In this document: positions 52,905-64,000 of the stretch, piece after piece
Layout: every line of letters starts with the position of its first letter
Numbering within the stretch: position 1 is the stretch's first letter
DNA from: Squalus acanthias
Lineage: Eukaryota
DNA: 64,000 bases
Reading direction: 5' to 3'
Assembly (NCBI GenBank): GCA_030390025.1
Contig: CM059431.1
Coordinates: 134,790,001 to 134,854,000 of the forward strand
The notes under the pieces: generated by a model
Told to the model about the DNA's origin: nothing
The model's database searches: none
What the model saw: only the letters and a program-made list of their open reading frames with translations
Position numbers and translations under genes: made by a program

Positions 52905-53651
52905 GGGCCAAAAACTGATCCCGCTGTGCGAGAGTACGCACTGCGTACTCTCGCGTATTCTCTCTCCAATTGCCGGTTTTCTGCATGCCCTGCGCATGCG
53001 CTGAAAACCGGCACTTGGTCTTTGGAAAAGGGGGCGGTTCCTCGGTGCATCGCGTGCGCGCTACAGGCTGCGCGCACACTGTGCACTTCATGCTTTGGAC
53101 GCGCAGGTAAGGACGGAAGATTTTAGAAATGGAAAAAGGAGGAGTAAGACCCACTTTTAACAAGGTAAGTAGTGAATTAAGTATTTTTTTGAATTTTTTT
53201 TAACAGGTATATCTTTTTTAGAGACTTTAAAGACAGGTAAGTTTATTTTTATAACTTTTTAAAAGATTTTAAATTTTTTCAAAAATTTAATTTTTTATTT
53301 AAAATGGTTAATTTATTTAACTATACTTATTTTATTAATGTGATGGGTTTTTTTTAAATTTAATTGCGGTTTAGCTGTTATTTTGGGGGGGTGTAAGATT
53401 CATAGCTTTCACAGCACGTATGTGAAACTTATGAATGGAAGATGGTGTGCTGCCTGCCATTGGCTCTAACTGAGTCACCTGATCCCACAGCTCGCACGAA
53501 TTCACTACGCCGGTGGGATACGCAAGCACTGCCCAGCTGATGTCTGGAACATCAAGTTCGTGCGAGCTGGATCTGAAAAAGCCAACGCGGAGTGAGAGAT
53601 CGCGCCTGCTCCTTACCCCCGCGGGAACAGAGCGAGATTAATTTCTGGGCC
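52905..53651. mobile_element. MITE with 3-bp TSD (Harbinger-type) inserted into a hammerhead motif
   Basis: Imperfect 21-bp TIRs gggccaaaaactgatcccgct / agcgagattaatttctgggcc, TSD GTT. Confidence 0.85.
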
Positions 53652-54169
53652 GTTAACTCTGTTTCTCTCTCCACAGATGCTGCCTGACCTGCTGAGTATT
53701 TCCAGCATTTTCTGTTTTTATTACACAAACTAGGGTTGTATTCCCTGTAATTTAGAAGGTTAAGGGGTGATTTGATCGAAGTTTTCAAGATATTAAGGGG
53801 AACTGATAGGGTAGATAGAGAGAAACTATTTCCGCTGGTTGGGGAGTCCAGGACTAGGGGACATAGACTAAAAATTATAGTCAGGCCTTTCAGGAGTGAA
53901 GTGAGGAAACACTTCTACACACAAAGGGTGATAGAAGTTTGGAACTCTCTTCCGCAAACGGCAGTTGATGCTGGGTTAATTGTTAATTTTAATTCTGAGA
54001 TTGATAGATTTCTGTTAACCAAAGGTATTAAGGGATATGGGGCAAAGGTGGGTATATGAAGTTAGGTCATAGATCAGCCATAATCTCATTGAATGGCAGA
54101 ACAGACTCAAGGGGCTAAATGGCCTACTCCTGTTCCTATGCTCCTATGTGTTCCTAAGACTGACACAAA

Positions 54170-54863
54170 GGGCTGGATTTTCATTGACTCATGGAGGCGG
54201 GTTTGGAGGCGTGTGGGGGGTTAAAATTGCGAAAACTGGCGGGCGGGCACAAGTCCGCCTCCATCCCGCCTCCACGCAATTTTCATTAAATCATGTCTGC
54301 TGGTCCCGACTCCGTCCCGCCTCTAAGAGGCGGGATAGGCTGTTAAGGCCCTTAACAAGCACTAAATTGCCTCTGTAATACCATTTTGAAAGGCCTTTGT
54401 GATTTTAACCCTTGTTCTACGTGAAGCACGCCTGTTCTGAACCACGATTGTGAAACCTGGCAGGGAGGACATTTGGCCGGCCGGTTGGCTGGCTATGGGG
54501 ATGCATATATGGATGGCTATGTGGATGGATGTATATATGGATGGAGAGGAGACATATCTGGGAGTGGTGGTGTAAAAATATCTGGGAGCAGACTTAGGAC
54601 TTCTGCTGCTCATTTTTGCAGGTCCTCTCACAGCAAAGGCCAGGCAGTCTTTGAAGACCTTCCATGCAGCAGCAATGATGACATCATCAAAGGCAACTTT
54701 CAGACTGAAAACACTAATTGGGTCATGGGTTCCCACATGCTGGAACTCAATTGCCCAATTAGGTGAAAATTGCATCAATCTCTCACATCCTATTGCAGTC
54801 GGGTGGATAACACGAAAAGTGGATAACACGACCCCAACCCGCCCCAGTATCAAAATCCAGCCC
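54170..54863. mobile_element. Harbinger MITE related to the 10763 and 45335 elements, opposite orientation
   Basis: TIR gggctggatttt / aaaatccagccc. Interrupts a minus-strand CR1 (MLNNY|FVS). Confidence 0.85.
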
Positions 54864-55303
54864 ATAGTAATTATTCAACAAGTCTGCTATTTCCTTATTT
54901 TGATTTGCCATATCTATTTTTAAAAGGCCCACATTACTACACTTTGGGGTAGAAATTAGGTCACGCCCCATTTGGGGCGCAAATATCGTCCGAGCGCAAA
55001 TATTAGCGCCTGGCGCTAATTATCGGCACTGACAGGAAACTTCACTTTTACCGCCCCGGGAGGTGAGTGGAGCGCTAAAGCAGGCGCTGCACACCTGTCT
55101 TAAGGCGCAAAGGCTTAGGAGTGAGGCGCTACCTCAGCGCACGAGCGCAGCGCAGCTGCTGCCAGTTAGCGAGGGAACACAGACACACTGGCGCCGGACA
55201 CTTCTTAAAACGGGGGGGGGCCACTTGCTCCCCAGCCACACCCTGCTCATTGCAGCCTTGAATCTCAGCCTGGAGAGACCTGTAATCCATTTTGCTGCCA
55301 AGC

Positions 55304-57127
55304 ATGGAGAGGGTGAGAGAACGCGCTCATCGCTTCACCGAGCGGGCCTTGGATGCTCTGGTTGACGCAGTGGAGCGCAGACGATGCATGCTGTTCCCGG
55401 AGAGTGGCAGGAGGCCTTTGCCACGCGAGTTCAGAAGAGTGTGGAGGGAGGTGGCTCAGAGCATCTCCTCCAGGAGCATGGTGCCCAGGACCCATGTTCA
55501 GTGCCGCAAAAAGTTCAACGACCTCACTCGGGTCGTCAGGGTGAGTGGCTTTTTCTCAATACCTCTCCATCCCTCCATCTCAACCTCACTCTATGGCCAG
55601 AGGGTCTTAAAACCCCAATGCACAACACTCATCCAACACCTATGGCTCTTTCATCAAACACACACACACATTCCACACTTTGCATACAGTAAGGGCTATT
55701 CACCTATGGGAGGCACATCAGGCAAGACCATGGCTGCATATTGTAAGGGATATTCACCTATGGGAGGCACATCAGGCAAGACCATGGCTGTATATTTACT
55801 CAGATGCTGTCCTTTTTCTTGCAGGCTAAGCTGGCTCATAATCGGAGACAGCAGCAACGGACGGGTGGAGGGCGGCTTCAGCTGCAACCCCTCAGCGATC
55901 TGGAGGAGCGCGTCCACAGGATTGTGGCAAGCCGGGTGATCGGTCCCGTCGCCACTGGGGACGCCGACCCCGTTGTGGACAGCAATGGTAAGGTCATCAC
56001 CTTTTTGTCCTCTGTCCTTCCACTTGTCCCTCACAATACCAGCCTTTGACACTTTCAATCCAACTTGCTAACTCGCTGCACTTATTCCTCCCTTACTGCC
56101 ACCCTGTCCTCACGCTAAAGCCACTCTTGTACCTCCCTGCTTTCAGATGGTGATTCACCAGCTGAGGAGACGGGCCCTGAAGCTGCCACTGGGAGTGATG
56201 CTGCAGCTGAGGAGGAAGAGGAAGCCGGAGCATCAGTGCCACCCTCTCCCGAGGAAGCCCATGCCCACACTGGGAACACGCCTTCCCCAGAGGGGAGCAG
56301 GGGGGAAGGGGCTGATGATGGTGAAGCTCCAGGACCCAGCGGGCTGCAGCAACGCCATGGTGGGGGGGAGGGAAGAACGGGAGCCTTCTCCCCAGAGGGA
56401 GAGTATGCCAGACACTCCTACTGCAATGGACGCAGAGGAGGAGCGGCTGATTGCAGAAATGAACAGCCAGGCGGTGGGCATGCACACTGAGCTCATGGGT
56501 GCAGTGGGAAGGGTGCCCGAATGCATTGAGGCACTGGCAAGGAGTGTGGAGCACTTCGCTGTAGCACAGGCGGATGCCACACTAAAGCTTAGTGCTGCAA
56601 TTCAGTCACTGGCTGCCAGGAACCCATCTGAGACTGCTCTCATGCAGACTCAGATTGAGGCCACGCGAGCACTGACTGCTGCCATCCTCGATGGTTCGTG
56701 CACATGTCCCCGGGGCTGTCACCGCGCCGCAGCAGGCCAGCAATCTATTCTCCGGCAAATTGCTCCGGATGCTGAAGTGCTGCCCCGTGGGAGTGCCAGT
56801 GTGTCGGGCGAGCAGAGAGTTGCTGTCCTCTCTCACGATGACAGCATCCCTGCTGCCAACACTGTCACTTCTCCACTGCACTTGCCACCGCCTGTAGGAC
56901 AGACTGCTGCCGCCCATGCAGAGTTGGTGCAGTCTGCAGCCGGGCCCTCCAGGCCCAGAACTGGTCGAGGCCGTCCTTCAGGGGCATCTGCAGTGTCAGG
57001 GTCTGACGAGCAGCAGCCTTCCACCAGCCTTGCTGCAGCCACTGAGGTCCCATTACGGAGGAGCAGTAGGGTTAGAAGGGGGGAAGTGCGCAAGGGAAGG
57101 AGATCACCCTCGAAGGGCAAAAAGTAG
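55304..57127 (+). CDS. Harbinger Myb/SANT-like protein, exons 55304-55540, 55825-55987, 56147-57127, with one frameshift near the G7 run at 56362-56368
   Basis: HRFTERALDALV...WREVA...RTHVQCRKKFNDL|AKLAHNRR...RTGGG. Canonical splice sites in the same phases as the 11043 gene. Confidence 0.85.
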
Positions 57128-57421
57128 GAGGTGTGCCAAAATGCTGGTCATTTTTTTATTAAAGGCCGAGGTTCATGGTCCAAATTTTGTTTAGTGTTTT
57201 GGACATTATCTCCAGGTTGTGAGAACCAGTTATGTTATTGACTGTTTTTTTGTGTTTATTTCTATGAGATTGTCATGAGGAATTGACACACACAGAGTTT
57301 GTAAAATAAATAAGTTTCTGTATTCAAAATATACATGGCTGGTGGTTGGAATTATTGGTGCCTTGGCCGGCTTAGGGGTTGCGTGCTGGGTTGATTAGTG
57401 TTTGTAGCAATGGCAGGGGCC

Positions 57422-58582
57422 CTAGAAGCGGCTTGCTATTAGTCGTTGACGGACGGCCCTTGCAGTTTGACCATTGTGGGCCGCCCTCCTGCCTTGGTGC
57501 TGCTGATGATCATCGTCCTCGTCCTGTTCCTCCTCTTCCTCCTCCTCCTCTGGTGGTGCTACAAGGCCTGGTGGCATTGGCTGGGTCCTGAGGATTGCCA
57601 TGTTGTGCAACATGCAGCACACGACTACGAAGTTCGAAACTTGCTCAGGCGAGTACTGCAGGGCTCCTCCGGAATGGTCCAGACAGCGGAACCGTTGTTT
57701 CAGCACGCCGATTGTGCGCTCAATAATGTTCCTGGTTGCTTGATGGCTTTCCTGGTACCGCAGCTCAGCAGGGGTGTTTGGCGCACGGAGCGGTGTCATC
57801 AGCCAGGTGCTCAATGCGTACCCCTTGTCCCCCAGAAGCCAACCAACTGGCTGATGCGGTGCCTCGAAAAGTTCTGCCACAGTAGTCTGGCACAGGATGA
57901 AAGCATCGTGGCAGCTGCCCGGATAGTGGGCATTGACAGCGAGAATCACCTGTCTGTGGTCACAGACCAACTGCACATTCAAGGAATGGAACCCCTTTCT
58001 GTTCCTGAATTCCTCTGCATTCTCTCGCGGAGCACGCAAAGCCACATGCGTGCAGTCAATGGCGCCCTGCACCATGGGGAAGCCCGCTACCCTCGCAAAG
58101 CCCATAGCACGGTCATGCTGCTTGTCTGGGGTCATAGGGAAAGAGATGAAGTCTCGTCTCCTTCTGAAGAGGGCATTGGTGACCTGCCGGATGCAGCGAT
58201 GCACCGCAAACTGGGAGATATTGGCGAGGTCCCCAACAGCAGCTTGGAATGAGCCAGTGGCGTAGAAGTTCAAAGCCACTGTGACCTTCACTGCCACCGA
58301 CAGAGACGTCCTGGACCTCAGCTGAGGCTGCAGATCTGGCTGCAGCAGGTGGCAGAGCTCAGTGACCACCTCCTTGCTGAATCGCAGCCTTCGCAAACAC
58401 AGCTCCTCGGACATATGGATGTAGGAGAGCTGTTCACGATATACCCTGGGAGGGTAAGCTCTCCTGTACATGCGCCTGATGGCCCTCCTCCGTCTGGCCA
58501 TCATTGCCACTCTCTGTCTGCGTCTCACTATCCTCCGATTCAGCTGGAGCAGGACGACGCCCCCAATCATTGCAGCCCCCAT
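57422..58582 (-). CDS. Harbinger (HARBI1-like) DDE transposase, 386 aa, intact ORF
   Basis: [42 protein letters not shown] motifs. No stops. Confidence 0.95.
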   Translation of the reverse strand: MGAAMIGGVVLLQLNRRIVRRRQRVAMMARRRRAIRRMYRRAYPPRVYREQLSYIHMSEELCLRRLRFSKEVVTELCHLLQPDLQPQLRSRTSLSVAVKVTVALNFYATGSFQAAVGDLANISQFAVHRCIRQVTNALFRRRRDFISFPMTPDKQHDRAMGFARVAGFPMVQGAIDCTHVALRAPRENAEEFRNRKGFHSLNVQLVCDHRQVILAVNAHYPGSCHDAFILCQTTVAELFEAPHQPVGWLLGDKGYALSTWLMTPLRAPNTPAELRYQESHQATRNIIERTIGVLKQRFRCLDHSGGALQYSPEQVSNFVVVCCMLHNMAILRTQPMPPGLVAPPEEEEEEEEQDEDDDHQQHQGRRAAHNGQTARAVRQRLIASRF

Positions 58583-59186
58583 ATTCTCTTTGCCAGAAAA
58601 GTAATGAGGTACAGCAACTAAAGTAGCAACAAAGTTAGGATGAACTAGGCCAAACTACCTCACAAAGCGTTGAGTCAATGTAGAAGTCTCTCTCTCTCTC
58701 TCTCCGAATCTCTCTCTCTCTCTCAGAACGAGTGGTGCATAAATGTCGACCACAGAAAAAGATAGGAAGAGGCCCCCTTTAAATAGCGCCCCCCCCAGCC
58801 CCACACCGATTGATAACGTTCCAGTCTTCCGGTCGTTGGAAGCGCCAGGCGGTAAGGCAGGGGGTGCCACTCAATTTCCGCTCCGGGGCGCCCCAAGGGC
58901 GTTGCACCATGGAATGACGTCACAATCTGCGCGCGCAGGTGGTCGCAGCGGTAAGTTTTAGCGCCGCCGCACAATCTCAAGTTAAGTTCTCGAGCGGCGC
59001 AAACAGCGCTGCGCCCGGGCGTTAGCGGCTTAACGCCCCATTAGCGCCCTCTTAAGGCGCTAACGGGAGGCGCAACCAAGTGAATTTTTACCCCTTTGTC
59101 TTCTAATATAACTGTAAAACCTTTTTGTGTTAATCCCTCGCAAGTTTCTTTTCGTGTTCCTTTTTGCAACACTTACTAGTCCAGAA

Positions 59187-59360
59187 CTTTAAGACGCTCC
59201 TTAAAACCTACCTCTTTGACCAAGCTTTTGGTCACCTGCCCTAATTTATCCTTATGTGGATCGATGTCAAATATTTTGTCTCAAAATACTCCTGTGCAGT
59301 GCCTTGGGACGTTTTACTACGTTAAAGGTGCTATATAAATACAAGCTGTTGTTGTTGTTG
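59187..59360 (+). mobile_element. L2 LINE 3' end
   Basis: FKTLLKTYLFDQAF followed by gctatataaatacaag(ttg)n tail. Confidence 0.8.
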
Positions 59361-59890
59361 AATTTGCGGTCAGCAGCGAAGCAAAGGCGTTCGCCGCTGG
59401 CCCCGAAGTACGCTTCGCACAAGGATCTCGCGATTTCTGTGTCGAGAACTTCGGGTTTTCCAACTTTCAATTCAAATCAACGGAGGTTAGTGAGGATCCC
59501 CTTGTGAATGCTGTGACGTCAACAAGCTGTCTAGGCAGCCAATCAAAATGCAGAATTCTCACAGACAGTGAACAAGGAGGTTAGTAAGCTCTTAAAATTT
59601 TAACTTTTTAAAAATGTTACCGAGAGAGCAAAACAAAGATTGGGGCTCTCACATGGGGAAAAGGCAAATCTGAAATAAAGATGAACAAACTTTCAAAAAA
59701 AGTAAACAACATTTTTTAAGTTTCTTAAAAATTCTAATTTTTATTAAAATCGATAAATTTCACACTGCACAAAATTGAAATTAGTTTTCCAGGCCCTTAA
59801 CATTTGTTTAGCAGTCAATACGCTGTTAAAACCCCAGTTACAACTAATCCCTTTGGGTCTAACTTTTAGTGGGGAATTTAACAGCGTACA

Positions 59891-61864
59891 GTGGAGGAAA
59901 AGGAAGCGTATGTAAGGATGAGAAAACAAGGTTCAGTTGGGTCGATTGAGGGGTACAAGGTAGCAAGGAATGAGCTAAAAAAAGAGCTTAGGAGAGCTAG
60001 GAGGGGGCATGAGAAGTCCTTGGCGGGTCGGATCAAGAAAAACCCCAAGGCTTTTTACTCTTATGTGAGAAATAAAAGAATGACCAGGGTGAGGGTAGGG
60101 CCGGTCAAGGACAGTAGTGGGAACTTGTGCATGGAGTCAGAAGAGATAGGAGAGGTGATGAATGAATACTTTTCGTCAGTGTTCACCGAGGAGAGGGGCC
60201 ATGTTCTTGAGGATGAGAGTGTGATAAAGGTGGATAGGCTGGAGGTGGTAGATGTTCTGAGGGAAGATGTTTTAGCAATTTTGAAGAACCTGAGGGTCGA
60301 TAAGTCCCCTGGGCCAGATGGGATATATCCTAGGATTCCTTGGGAGGCAAGGGAGGAGATTGCAGAGCCTCTGGCTTTGATCTTTGGGTCCTCACTGTCC
60401 ACGGGGATGGTGCCAGAGGACTGGAGAGTGGCGAATGTTGTTCCTCTCTTCAAGAAAGGAAATAGGAATGACCCTGGTAATTATAGGCCGGTTAGTCTTA
60501 CTTCGGTGGTTGGTAAGATAATGGAAAAGGTCCTGAGGGATAGGATTTATGACCATTTGGAAAGGGGCAACTTAATCAGGGATAGTCAACACGGATTCGT
60601 GAAGGGTAAGTCTTGCCTAACAAATTTGATTGAATTCTTTGAGGAGGTAACTAAGTGTGTAGATGAAGGTAGAGCAGTTGATGTCGTATATATGGATTTT
60701 AGTAAGGCGTTTGATAAGGTTCCCCATGGTCGTCTCATGAAGAAAGTAAGGAGTTGTGGGATAGAGGGAAATTTGGCCGATTGGATAAGTAACTGGCTAT
60801 CTCATAGAAGGCAGAGGGTGGTGGTGGATGGAACATTTTCGGACTGGACACCAGTTACCAGCGGTGTGCCACAGGGGTCGGTGCTGGGTCCTCTGCTGTT
60901 TGTGATTTTTATCAATGACTTGGAGGAGGGGACTGAAGGGTGGATCAGTAAATTTGCTGATGACACCAAGATTGGTGGAGTAGTGGATGAGGTGGAGGGC
61001 AGTTGTAGGCTGCAAAGAGACATTGATAGGATGCAGAGCTGGGCCGAAAATTGGCAGATGGAATTTAACCCTGATAAGTGCGAGGTGATTCATTTTGGTA
61101 GGGCAAATTTGAATAAGGATTACAGGGTCAACGGCAGGGTTCTGAGGAACGTGGAGGAGCAGAGGGATCTGGGGGTTCATATCCACAGATCTCTGAAGGT
61201 TGCCACTCAAGTGGATAGAGCAGTAAAGAAGGCCTATGGTGTGTTGGCGTTTATTAACAGAGGGTTTGAGTTTAAGAACCGTGAGGTTATGCTGCAACTC
61301 TACAGGACCTTGGTGAGACCACATTTGGAATATTGTGTGCAGTTCTGGTCACCTCACTATAGGAAGGATGTGGAAGCATTGGAAAGAGTGCAAAGGAGAT
61401 TTACCAGGATGCTGCCTGGTTTGGGGGGGAGGTCTTATGAGGAAAGATTGAGGGAGTTGGGGCTTTTCTCTTTAGAGCGGAGGAGGATGAGAGGCGACTT
61501 AATAGAGGTTTATAAGATGATGAGGGGGATAGATAGAGTGGATGTTCAGAGACTATTTCCTCGGGTAGAGGCAGCTGTTACAAGGGGGCATAACTATAAG
61601 GTGCATGGGGGGAGATATAGAAGGGATGTCCGAGGTAGATTCTTTACTCAGAGAGTGGTTGGGGTGTGGAATGGACTGCCTGCTGTGATAGTGGAGTCGG
61701 ACACTTTAGGAACTTTCAAGCGGTGATTGGATAAGCACATGGAGCACACCAGAGTGATAGGGAGTGTGATAGCTTGATCTTGGTCTCGGACAATGCTCGG
61801 CACAACATCGAGGGCCGAAGGGCCTGTACTGTGCTGTACTGTTCTATGTATCTATGTATCTATG
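59891..61864 (+). mobile_element. Young 5'-truncated CR1 with uninterrupted 611-codon ORF2 segment
   Basis: Complete RT (FADD) with no stops or frameshifts over 59891-61726, (tatctatg)n tail. Confidence 0.95.
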
Positions 61865-62383
61865 AGCCGAAAATTTTATCAGTTTTCCTGATTTGAGTGA
61901 TTACACAGATTGCCGGCTCTGTGGAGGGTGGGCATAGCGCAGCCTGTGTCGGAGCTGTGATTGACAGAGCGCAACTTCAGGATTTCCGCATGCGCATGTC
62001 CATGTGCCAAATCCAGAGGTTATGGTCTGTTTCAAAGGCGGAATGATGGCGAACGCTGCCAGTTCGCTGTCATCCCGACCACAAATTCCGGGCCAAAATC
62101 TGTTTTGTCTTCATTTGCTGTTCTTTATATCTCTCCCAGCCCCCTGGATCTACACTATTCTTTACACTTTTGTATGCTTTGGTCGACCATGGTTGTTCTA
62201 TTTGGTAAGTAGAGTTCTTGCCTCTCAGGGGTATATACTGATCCTGTATTAAGCTAACTTCTTTTTTGAACACCTCCCACTGTTCATCTGTAGTTTTACC
62301 CGGTAACAGTTTTGACCAGTTTACTGTCGTTAGTTTCTGTATCATCTCATTAAAGATAGCCTTACCCAAAATCTAGAATCTTA

Positions 62384-64000
62384 GGGGGCGATTTTCTGAT
62401 GCCGGAGGAGGCGGGTTTGGAGTCGGGAATGGCGGGAAAATTAGAATCAATGAGGTGAGGTTCGAAACCCGACTCCAAGCCGCCTCCGTGGGATTTTGCC
62501 GGTGCCGGTTTTGGAGGTCGGGAAACGCTCCCGCCTCCAGCTGGCCATTGCGTTAATTAACGTCTGCAAATGCTTGTTAAGGGCCTCTCTAAGCCTATTT
62601 TGAGAGGCCCTCGTGAATTTCCCATCATTTTGGCGTGCTTCACGCAACTTCTGAACCACACCAGGTAAACCTGACGGGTTGACTCGTGGGTGGCCTCCTC
62701 ACTGCTGCAGGTCTAACAAGACATCGTTCACTGCAGCAAGGATTACTTGCAGGGGCCAGACCTTGGCTTTAAAAGGTCTCTGAGCACTTTTAGAAGGCCT
62801 TTCGAAGTCAGAGGTGCTACAGCTTGAATCAATCAACTGTGGGACCTCCTGTGAAGACCCTCGCCCCGCTTACAATGAGCGCTTCCCCAGAGGAGGCATC
62901 TGCAAGCAGAATGGGAAACACTCATTTCCTTTCACATTGGACCTCAGATGAGGATGAGGACCATCCAGGGCAGCAGCAGAACCAGGCAGCTCAGCAGCAA
63001 CATCAGCTGCAGCCCCAACATCCTGCTCAGCCACCTGATGCTGCACAGGGCAGAAGACGCCAGCGCATCAAGACACCTCGCCGCAGGAGATACCCCCGAC
63101 AGAGGGTTTACAGACAAAGGATGAGCTGCCTCAACATGAGTGAGCAGCAGTGCCAAAGGAGGTTGAGACTTTCGCGTGAGGTAGTCCGAGAGATCTGCGG
63201 CCTGCTGCAGCAAGACCTGGTGCCCAGAGGAACGGGTGGACACGCCTTACCAGTGGCTGTCAAAGTCACCACCGCACTCAACTTCTTTGCCTCAGGCTCC
63301 TTCCAGGGATCATCAGCAGACATCAGCGCCATCTCCCAGTCAGCCGCCCACAGGTGCATCACCCAGGTTACCGATGCCCTTTTTGCTAAGTCCCACAATT
63401 ACATCCAGTTCACAAGGGATCAAGCAAGTGTAACCGCCCGTTCGGTTGGATTCGCAAATATGGCAGGCATGCCAATGGTGCAGGGAGTCATAGACTGCAC
63501 ACATGTGGCCCTTAGGGCGCCCCATCACAACCCAGCTATCTTTGTCAACCGAAAGGGCTTCCACTCCCTCAATGTACAGCTGCATGTTTGCGCCATGTAC
63601 CCTGGCAGTTGCCATGATTCTTTCATCCTGCGGCACTCTAATGCTCCTCCGCTTTTCAATCCACCAAACCAACTTAATGGATGGCTCCTTGGTGACAAAG
63701 GCTATCCCCTGAAGAAGTGGCTAATGATGCTGATCAGGAGGCCAGCTGACAAGGCTGAAGAGCGCTACAACGCCAGCCATACTTCGACCAGGTCCATCAC
63801 AGAGCAGACAATTGGGTTGCTGAAGATGCGCTTCCATTGCCTTGACCAATCAGGTGGAGCCCTGCAGTATACACCATTCAGGGTCTCCAGAATGGTTGTG
63901 GTCTGCTGTACACTGCACAACATCGCACAGCGTCGTGGCTTACAGCTTCCTGATGAGCAAGCGGCTCAGTTCCAGCCCTCCTCAAATGAGGATGAGGATG
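62384..64000 (+). mobile_element. Harbinger element running off the window end
   Basis: TTA followed by gggggcgatttt terminus. Subterminal region resembles 13700-14036. Confidence 0.9.
62911..64000 (+). CDS. Harbinger transposase, open to window end, with a 9-aa in-frame deletion
   Basis: Manual translation [17 protein letters not shown]...GVIDCTH...[18 protein letters not shown]...GDKGY...RSITEQTIG. Absent from the ORF track, presumably because no stop lies in the window. Confidence 0.88.
   Translation, partial: MGNTHFLSHWTSDEDEDHPGQQQNQAAQQQHQLQPQHPAQPPDAAQGRRRQRIKTPRRRRYPRQRVYRQRMSCLNMSEQQCQRRLRLSREVVREICGLLQQDLVPRGTGGHALPVAVKVTTALNFFASGSFQGSSADISAISQSAAHRCITQVTDALFAKSHNYIQFTRDQASVTARSVGFANMAGMPMVQGVIDCTHVALRAPHHNPAIFVNRKGFHSLNVQLHVCAMYPGSCHDSFILRHSNAPPLFNPPNQLNGWLLGDKGYPLKKWLMMLIRRPADKAEERYNASHTSTRSITEQTIGLLKMRFHCLDQSGGALQYTPFRVSRMVVVCCTLHNIAQRRGLQLPDEQAAQFQPSSNEDED

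Larger units (their letters stand above)
51992..53719 (+). mobile_element. Penelope-like element with inverted terminal repeats and internal deletion
   Basis: Inverted terminal repeat 51992-52130, ORF piece VLSKGL.F.P...IKPADKGG, direct terminal repeat from 52871. 15-bp duplication attacacaaactagg at 51977 and 53720. Confidence 0.88.
47843..54155 (+). mobile_element. 3' half of a CR1 (5311-type subfamily) with nested insertions
   Basis: ORF 47863-48216, resumes at about 51386 and 53720, cctatg-type tail near 54150. Confidence 0.85.
54946..59094. mobile_element. Full-length two-gene PIF/Harbinger transposon, 4149 bp
   Basis: TIR ggggtagaaatt / aatttttacccc, TSD TTT, host CR1 continuous across it, convergent Myb-like and transposase genes. 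Confidence 0.95.
59178..62094. mobile_element. GGCCC-ended MITE interrupted by an L2 tail and a CR1
   Basis: aatttgcggtc...gcgttcgcc (from 59361) is inverted relative to ggcgaacgc...accacaaattccgggcc (62048-62094). Minus-strand host CR1 resumes afterwards. Confidence 0.65.

Noticed and set aside
57422..58582. Domesticated host HARBI1 gene
   Set aside because: Lies inside TIRs with a TSD, nested in a CR1 within an intron, so it is a transposon copy.

Overview
Eukaryotic, repeat-saturated intronic DNA, most likely from a cartilaginous fish (inferred from the mix of CR1, Deu-domain SINE, Penelope and Harbinger elements). The window lies inside a minus-strand UGGT gene, best match UGGT2. Three short exons (32715-32787, 26910-27010, 16940-17039) splice in phase and are separated by large introns. 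Almost everything else is transposable element DNA: many nested CR1 LINEs, a second CR1/Jockey-group LINE family, L2 fragments, a Deu-SINE, Penelope-like elements carrying minimal hammerhead ribozymes, hAT and Tigger-like MITEs, and a 2.3 kb G-rich minisatellite. A full PIF/Harbinger spectrum is present: a complete two-gene element (54946-59094), a Myb-only element with the transposase core deleted (10763-14036), a second transposase ORF running off the window end, and many deletion derivatives. All calls were made by eye; no database searches were run, and boundaries of degraded repeats are approximate.
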